Positions 57,827 to 64,000 of a stretch of DNA of 64,000 nt are shown here, in pieces. Position numbers and translations under genes: made by a program. The notes beneath the pieces were generated by a model. The model was given only the letters and a program-made list of their open reading frames with translations. It made no database searches and had not been told where the DNA came from. How positions within the stretch are numbered: position 1 is the first letter of the stretch; each line of letters begins with the position of its first letter. Origin of the DNA: an uncultured Pseudomonadota bacterium (lineage in GTDB: Bacteria; Oederibacteriota; Muellerivitia; Muellerivitales; Muellerivitaceae); NCBI GenBank assembly GCA_963843375.1, contig CAWJKT010000004.1, forward strand, positions 32,001 to 96,000. Direction: 5' to 3'.

Positions 57827-58078
57827 ATGACCCGCCACATGAGCCACTACGCCCCGGCACCGAAAAAGACCACCAGCGTATCGGTGGCTGAGCCCCTTTT
57901 GGCTGAGGCTAAGGCTCTGGGCATCAATGTTTCGCAGGCGGCCGAAGAAGGCCTCGCGAAGGCCGTCTCCACGAAGCGCGCCGAGCAGTGGATCCAGGAC
58001 AACTGGGACGCAATCCAAAGCTCGAATGAGTACGCGGAGAAGCACGGACTACCGCTCGCCAAGTACCGGATGTTCTAA
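57827..58078 (+). CDS. ccdA: CcdA-family antitoxin
   Basis: LLAEAKALGINVS...WIQDN...HGLPLAKYRMF. Confidence 0.9.
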   Translation: MTRHMSHYAPAPKKTTSVSVAEPLLAEAKALGINVSQAAEEGLAKAVSTKRAEQWIQDNWDAIQSSNEYAEKHGLPLAKYRMF

Positions 58079-58378
58079 ATGGCGAGATTCAGTGTCTACC
58101 CTAATCCTGAGGGCGACGGCTACCTGCTTGATGTTCAGGCAGACATTGTGAGGCATCTCAACACGCGAGCAGTTGTGCCCCTGATGCCCCTGGGGAAGGC
58201 ACCGAAGCCGGCCACACGTCTCAACCCGCTGCTCGTAATCGACGACATCGAGCATACGATGCTCACGCAGTACCTGGCAGCAGTTCCAATCAGTGTTCTC
58301 AAGCGCGAGACCCTGAATGTGGCGGATCGCAGGGACGACATCGCCAACGCGATCGATTTGCTACTGCAAGGCTCCTAA
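58079..58378 (+). CDS. ccdB: CcdB-family toxin
   Basis: YLLDVQAD, TRAVVPL, RLNP, AIDLL. Confidence 0.9.
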   Translation: MARFSVYPNPEGDGYLLDVQADIVRHLNTRAVVPLMPLGKAPKPATRLNPLLVIDDIEHTMLTQYLAAVPISVLKRETLNVADRRDDIANAIDLLLQGS

Positions 58379-58403
58379 GTCCATGCCGTAGAACTTCGCT
58401 CTG

Positions 58404-58548
58404 TGACGCGAAGTGCCATCGAATGACACTACCTGATGCCAATGGACTGTTGTGCATGGCCCTCCCCTCGCATAGCGTTGATCTGTAATGCCCTGACCAC
58501 CGTTTCACACGGCAGGGGTCACAGGTTCAAGCCCTGTACCGCTCCCCA
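58404..58548 (+). repeat. Junction repeat A7 / terminal attR (core 58503-58548)
   Basis: Decayed TGAC region, no TGGGACA pair; core 44/46 identical to the tRNA. Confidence 0.92.
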
Positions 58549-58558
58549 AAGGTCCTCA

Positions 58559-59396
58559 CTACGACGCCTTCGCGGCAGTCAGATATACGGTTCGACCCAC
58601 CGAGAGCGCCTGACCGGATTCCACCAAAGGCCGCATGACCTTTTCGAAGGTCTGGCGCTCCTCTGGGGTGAATCTTTCGGCCAGGATGGCGCTCAGCGTC
58701 GGTGCCCACGGATGCGGTGAGCTTTCGATAAATACCTGCCACGACGGAATGATGGATGGCCGCAGGTCCATGTGAAGTTCCATGTGTAGGTTTGTGAAGC
58801 CGCAGGCCCGAATCGACTCAAACAGCGTGCGCTCTGAGAAGTTGGTTATCGGACTGGCGGCAAGCTTCTCCAAGGTGTCGGGGAACTGCGCCGCCTTCCA
58901 GCGATACAGCAGCGGCAGAAAGGGATCTTGAGGCCCGGTACTGGGTTTTTCGACCATGCTTTTCAGCATACATGTCACATAGGCCTCCTCCTGAAGTATC
59001 GGCTCGGCTACCGAGATGCGGCCACCGGGTTTCAGTACGCGATGGAATTCCGCCAATGCGGCCTTCTTGTCTGCCACGTAGGTCAGAGCAGCCCGAGTCG
59101 TGATGGCATCGAGGCTGGTGTCGGCAACTCCGGAGAGTTTTCGGCAGCACTCGTGGAAGGAGCATTGCGGCAGGACCCCTCGTTCGGTCGCCTGAACTTG
59201 AGCACCCTGCAGGAGCGGTGCCGATGTCACCGAGAGTCATTCCCGGTTGCAGTTTCGCGCCCTCCAGTACCCGGTCCGCGATTGCTTCAACTTCGGCGCG
59301 CAGTGTCGCCTGAAAGATCGGGTCGCCGCCGTTGCGCAATTGAAGAAGCCATGTGGACCAGGTATCGGTGAGACGCGGATCTTGGTGGGCAGTCAT
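58559..59396 (-). pseudogene. SAM methyltransferase, frameshifted or internally deleted
   Basis: LGDIGT.. in one frame; DAITTRAALTYV, FHRVLKPGG in another. Confidence 0.7.
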
Positions 59397-59501
59397 GCAA
59401 ATACTCTACACTTTAGCCCGGCAATGTATCGCTACTGAGCCGATGGTTTTAAAGCCAGAGTCCGGATATTCTCGCTCAAAGCAGATCGAAGGTTTCCTGT
59501 C

Positions 59502-60032
59502 ATGCGCTGCTGCGGTTTGCAAATTTGCCTATTGCTGTTGTGCTTCGGCGGTGCGCACGCCGGAGAAGTGCCGCTCGGACAACAGCTGCCAAGCATGACG
59601 CTGCACGGCCTGAACGGGCCGGCCCAGACCCTCGGGACCTTTCGTGGCCGGCCGTTGCTCATCAATGTCTGGGCCAGCTGGTGCGGGCCATGCCGGCAGG
59701 AAATGGCCTCCCTGGAGCGACTCGCCTGGCGCGACTCGGACCCGCACCTGGCCATCATCGGGATATCCACTGACGATGATCCGCAGGCGGCTGTGGCGCT
59801 CCTTCGCAGCACCGGCGCGACGATCAGTCAATTCATTGATGCGCGCCGGCAAATGGAAACCCTGCTGGGCGCCTCCAGCATACCCTTGACGGTGCTGGTG
59901 GATGCCCAGGGTCGGGTGCGGGCGCGCTACTACGGCTCGCGTGAATGGGACAGCCCGGCGGCGCTGCAGCTACTTCGCACTGCCTTGGGCGCGCACGAAT
60001 TGGGCGAGACTCGCGCGCCCGTCCGCCCATAG
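59502..60032 (+). CDS. TlpA-family thiol-disulfide oxidoreductase
   Basis: NVWASWCGPCRQEM. Confidence 0.92.
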   Translation: MRCCGLQICLLLLCFGGAHAGEVPLGQQLPSMTLHGLNGPAQTLGTFRGRPLLINVWASWCGPCRQEMASLERLAWRDSDPHLAIIGISTDDDPQAAVALLRSTGATISQFIDARRQMETLLGASSIPLTVLVDAQGRVRARYYGSREWDSPAALQLLRTALGAHELGETRAPVRP

Positions 60033-60548
60033 ACCAAAAGGCGTCGCGAGCGCGTCCTGCGGCAGTCGCAGCAGGATGTGGTGGCTCAGGGCGATGAAGC
60101 GCAGCGTCGCCAGGTCGATGGGATAGGCGTAAGTCACCACATCGGCATGCGGCGGATAGTGCAGCGCGCCCCGATCCGCCACGACAACCGGCAGCTGCTC
60201 GAGAGCCTGCAGCACGATCGCGCGGTCGTCGGCTTCGATCTGCAGCGTTCCACTGCTCGCCGGCGGTGGCGTCGACATGCGCTTATCGACGGTTGACCAG
60301 CGGTACAGCAGCAGATAGTCATGGTAATGGCCGGCCTCGTCCAACTCCAGCGCCACCATGGTCGCGTAGTCGCGGGCATAGGCGGCCACGTCGGTGCGCT
60401 CACGCGCAAACACCAGTGGGTGTGTGACCAGCAGCAGCGTGTTACCGCTTTGCGGATCCAGGATGGCGCGCGAGTCGGGGGACGGCGCATGAACGCAGCC
60501 TGAGCCCAGCAGCAGTGCGGTAAGCAGCAAGGTCCAGCGGCTGTTCAT
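59970..60548 (-). CDS. Putative lipoprotein
   Basis: Lipobox-like LGSGC. Confidence 0.7.
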   Translation of the reverse strand: MNSRWTLLLTALLLGSGCVHAPSPDSRAILDPQSGNTLLLVTHPLVFARERTDVAAYARDYATMVALELDEAGHYHDYLLLYRWSTVDKRMSTPPPASSGTLQIEADDRAIVLQALEQLPVVVADRGALHYPPHADVVTYAYPIDLATLRFIALSHHILLRLPQDALATPFGLWADGRASLAQFVRAQGSAK

Positions 60549-60555
60549 GGGTCTC

Positions 60556-63021
60556 TTAGAAGCGCAGCCGGTAGGATGCGGACAGGTACAGGGAGCGCTG
60601 CTGCAGCGTGCTGGGCTCGATGGCGCCGTTCAGGCTCTGCGGCTGCAGGGATTGCTGTTGCTGCTGCATCTGGTAGCCCGCCGTCAGCTCGAAAATGGAA
60701 CGCCGGCCGGTCCAGTCGGCGCGCAGCTGCGGCAGGTACAGAAGTTGCCGCCCGCCGAGCATGGGATCGGTCAGTTCCTCGACGCTCAGTCGGGGCCCCA
60801 AGCGCCAGGCACCATACACCACAAAGCGGGCGTCCCAGGAGAGCGTGGCGCTGCGCGCCTGAGGTGAATCATCCACCCGCACGCCGAAGATGTGCAGGTC
60901 GCTGGCCTGCAGCAGGCTGGCGCCGGATAACTGGAGCGAGATGTTCTTGTCCAGCCCCATGGAGCCGATGGCCTCGACACCGCCGGAGGCCGGCGTGCCG
61001 CCCAGCTGCAGGGCCGACAGGCTGGCCATGAATTGCCAGCGCGCCCCCAGCGAGCGGCTCGCCGACAGCACGAAGGTTTCGCTGGTGGCGGCCCGATCCA
61101 GCGCGAGCTGCTTGAGCTGCGAGGGGGTGTACTCGCTCGCCAATGCATTCAGATCCGCTGCGGCCTGGCCAATCAGGGCGTCGTTGAGTTCCAACAGCGG
61201 GCTGCGACGATAGTCCGCATCAAATCCCAGTACCCAGGATTGCCCGACGCGGGCATTGCCGATGAGAGTGGCCGAGTTGAGCTCCTGGAAGTCGACATCG
61301 TAGTCCACGAGCACCACTGCGGTACGGCCGGACTGGGTGTAGCGGGTTTGCAGGCCGACCGAGCGCCGATCGGTGAAGCCCTCGATGGTCTCGTTGAACA
61401 GGTAGCCGTCCAGGGACCACGCGGCACTGGGATCCCATTCCGCGCTCACGGTCGCGAAATTCTGCTGGGTGGAAAAATCGGAATACGAGGAATAGGCCGG
61501 CAGCCCGGCCGCGGCGCTGATCAGCAGATGCGGATTGAGCTGGTAGCCCAGGTACACCCCATCGAACAGACCGATGTTACCCTGCACCGCCAATGACTGG
61601 CGACCGATGCGGCCGGTCCAGCCCAGGATACGATCGGTCAGTTCGACGTAGGCGGCGGTGGTGCGATCCTGGCTGCCACCAAAGGTGGTCACGAGGTTCT
61701 GGGTGTAGCCCGCGTCCACCCGTGCCGTAAAGTCATAGCGATCGCCGCGATCACGCAGCAGCAGGTCGGTATACACCAGCGCCGCGTTGGCCGAGGTGGT
61801 GGTGGTGGTGACGCCTGCCGCCACGCTCTGATCCGTCCCGTACTGATAGGTGATCGAGGCGCTCCCGGCCATGCTCCAGTGGCTCGGGGTCGCGCGTGCG
61901 AATTCACCCGTGGAATTGGGTGCCAGGGAGGCGGCCAGCAGACTTTGCAGGCGCGCGCGCACCCGCACCGCCCCCGGCCGGTCCGGATAGCGGCGCAGGT
62001 ACTCCTCGCACTCCGCTTTGGCCTGCGCCAGCTGCCCGGCGCGCTCGCGCACCAGCCCGAGCAGTTCCTGGGCATCGGCGCGGGCCGGATATTCGGGCTG
62101 GCGCAGCAATCGGGTGAGCAGCTCCACGGCTTCCGGAAAGCGTTGCCCCGCCAATGCCGTGCGCGCATCGCGCAGCAGCTGCGCGCGCGTCTCATCGGGC
62201 AACGGCGCATCGGTCGTGACGGGCGCGGCCGCGGCCGGCACGCCGGCGCGCTCCACCACCGTCAGATCAGTCTGCTCATCGTTGATGGCCAGCCAGGCGC
62301 GCGGATAGACGGACAGTGCCGCCTGCAGCACGCGTTGCGCCTCCTGCTCGCCCGCAAAAGGCCCGACCCGCAACCGATACCAGTGCTGGTCTTCGAGGTT
62401 GATCTCGGACACGTAGGCCTGGGTTTGCAGGGCCTTGGCGGCGGCTTCCACCGCGGCTGGCGCGAAGGGCTGCTGCGAGGAGTCGAGGTTGACCGCGTAG
62501 CCCGCCGCCGCATCCGGCTGCGTCAGTAACACCCCGGGCTGGTGGTGCCGGGTGCCGATGAGGCGCACGCGCAGGCCCAGCCCGGAGGCCATGGGCGCCA
62601 TGACGAAGTCCAGCTCCCCGGTCCAGTTCAGCGTCAGGGTGACCTCGCCGGGAACCACGCCATCCACGCGCGCCCCGGTCACCAGCTCCCCGCCACCGCC
62701 GACCAGCGGCAGCTCGGGCACAAAGGCATTGAGCAGGTTGCCGCAATCCGGTCCGAGCCGCAGCGTGATGCTCGTGCTGCTGCCGTGATCGGCGGGGGAA
62801 CTGGAGATGTAGTGCACGCTGCAGGCGAACTGCACCGTCACGTCCGCATAGTCATCATGCTCGGTGGTGTCCACGAACTGCACCAGCGTGCCCGGCGTAC
62901 GCACCGGCGGTGCCGCCGCCGCGCTGGGCGCGGCGCTGAGCAGCCCGGCAAGACCCAGCGCACACCCCCACCACCACAGCGCCCGCCCCGGCCCTGCACG
63001 GCGCCTACTCGGGGCACTCAC
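60556..63021 (-). CDS. SPOR + TPR + beta-barrel outer membrane protein
   Basis: WYRLRVGPF (SPOR), TPR helices, strand-rich C-terminus ending YRLRF; GTGA overlap with the cytochrome stop. Confidence 0.75.
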   Translation of the reverse strand: MSAPSRRRAGPGRALWWWGCALGLAGLLSAAPSAAAAPPVRTPGTLVQFVDTTEHDDYADVTVQFACSVHYISSSPADHGSSTSITLRLGPDCGNLLNAFVPELPLVGGGGELVTGARVDGVVPGEVTLTLNWTGELDFVMAPMASGLGLRVRLIGTRHHQPGVLLTQPDAAAGYAVNLDSSQQPFAPAAVEAAAKALQTQAYVSEINLEDQHWYRLRVGPFAGEQEAQRVLQAALSVYPRAWLAINDEQTDLTVVERAGVPAAAAPVTTDAPLPDETRAQLLRDARTALAGQRFPEAVELLTRLLRQPEYPARADAQELLGLVRERAGQLAQAKAECEEYLRRYPDRPGAVRVRARLQSLLAASLAPNSTGEFARATPSHWSMAGSASITYQYGTDQSVAAGVTTTTTSANAALVYTDLLLRDRGDRYDFTARVDAGYTQNLVTTFGGSQDRTTAAYVELTDRILGWTGRIGRQSLAVQGNIGLFDGVYLGYQLNPHLLISAAAGLPAYSSYSDFSTQQNFATVSAEWDPSAAWSLDGYLFNETIEGFTDRRSVGLQTRYTQSGRTAVVLVDYDVDFQELNSATLIGNARVGQSWVLGFDADYRRSPLLELNDALIGQAAADLNALASEYTPSQLKQLALDRAATSETFVLSASRSLGARWQFMASLSALQLGGTPASGGVEAIGSMGLDKNISLQLSGASLLQASDLHIFGVRVDDSPQARSATLSWDARFVVYGAWRLGPRLSVEELTDPMLGGRQLLYLPQLRADWTGRRSIFELTAGYQMQQQQQSLQPQSLNGAIEPSTLQQRSLYLSASYRLRF

Positions 63022-64000
63022 TGTCGTGGACCACCGCTGGTGACCGGCCGGCGCAGCAGCGGCCGCAGCGGCTTGACCGCCGGTGCGATCGTCCAGGTCA
63101 AAGTGTTGTGGCAGGTACCGCAGTCGGCGCTGGTCAGCGGGTGCGGCACCTGCTTGCCGGTGGCGAGGCTGCCGTTGTGGCAGCTGGCGCAGGTTGCCGT
63201 CAGCTCCAGGTGGCTGAACCTCACGGGCAGCCAGCCAATCGTGCCGTGGCAGCTGTCGCATTCAGCGTGCGTCGCGACATGCTGGGCGGGCAGGCCTGCT
63301 GCGATCACGGCGTTGTGGCAGCTGCTGCAGCGGGCCGTGATGCTGCGGTGATCAAAGCGCGCCGGCAGCCAGGCGAGCGTCGTGTGGCAGTCCTGACACA
63401 GACCCGTGGTGCGGATATGGCCCGGGACCATGCCGGTGGCCAGCACGCCATTGTGGCAGCCGGCACAGTTGCTGGTCACACCCGCGTGGGACATCGGTTG
63501 CATGCGCCCCAGGGGCCTCATGCCGGCTTGGGTCGTTCTCGGCGCGGCCACGACCGCGCTCACCACACTGGGCGACTTGGCCTTCACGACCACATTGCGC
63601 ACCAGGTTGCCCCCGTCCCAGTTGTTGGTGTTGTGGCAGCTGCTGCAGTCTGAAGTGAGCTTGCTGCCGGAGTTGTGATCGCTCGGCCGCGTCGTCAGAC
63701 CGGTGACACCATAGAAGCTCAAGGCCGGGGTGACCTTGTTGTGACAGGCGTCGCAGGTCTTGCCGATGACCGCGAACATCAAGGTGTGCTTCGCCGAGGT
63801 CATGGTGGTGCCACTGAAGGAGGTGAATACCGTGCTCGTATGGCAGTCCTCACAGGGGGTGGTGCTGGTGGGGATGTGCACCGGGGACAGCACGGCGTCC
63901 TTGGGCGTGTAGTTGTTGTAGAACACCGGCGGCGTCGCATTCGGCGCCCCATGACAGCTAATGCAGCCGCTGGTGATGCCGGTATGCAGCACTGGATTGG
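63018..64000 (-). CDS. Multiheme c-type cytochrome, C-terminal part
   Basis: Ten CxxCH motifs in the visible 324 aa; ORF runs off the window. Confidence 0.9.
   Translation of the reverse strand, partial: NPVLHTGITSGCISCHGAPNATPPVFYNNYTPKDAVLSPVHIPTSTTPCEDCHTSTVFTSFSGTTMTSAKHTLMFAVIGKTCDACHNKVTPALSFYGVTGLTTRPSDHNSGSKLTSDCSSCHNTNNWDGGNLVRNVVVKAKSPSVVSAVVAAPRTTQAGMRPLGRMQPMSHAGVTSNCAGCHNGVLATGMVPGHIRTTGLCQDCHTTLAWLPARFDHRSITARCSSCHNAVIAAGLPAQHVATHAECDSCHGTIGWLPVRFSHLELTATCASCHNGSLATGKQVPHPLTSADCGTCHNTLTWTIAPAVKPLRPLLRRPVTSGGPRQ

Overview
High-GC proteobacterial window, probably gammaproteobacterial. After gltX and an intact tRNA-Val(CAC) (836-910) comes a ~57.6 kb island (911-58548) built as a tandem array. 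One Rci/Hp1-like tyrosine integrase sits next to the tRNA. Seven direct copies of a conserved ~145-172 bp att-like junction follow (a TGGGACA pair in six, five 10-bp-phased TGAC boxes, and the 3' 46 bp of the tRNA), plus one degenerate and one truncated copy. The junctions separate units of unrelated cargo; only the first unit encodes an integrase, and it also has a relaxase, MobC, oriT and an AlpA-like gene. Most junctions are flanked by a toxin-antitoxin module. A second ~32 bp repeat (4 copies) mimics the tRNA anticodon stem-loop with a different 7-nt loop and marks the start of cargo. The array resembles an integron-like, tRNA-anchored cassette system; this is an inference from architecture. 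Cargo includes candidate defence nucleases, secreted proteins, an arylsulfotransferase, an IS256 and a 21 kb sulfur-oxidation/cytochrome bd unit. Beyond the island are a methyltransferase, a TlpA and a porin/multiheme cytochrome cluster. Several genes, including gltX, have frameshifts that may be assembly errors. All product calls come from motif recognition by eye; no database search was run.
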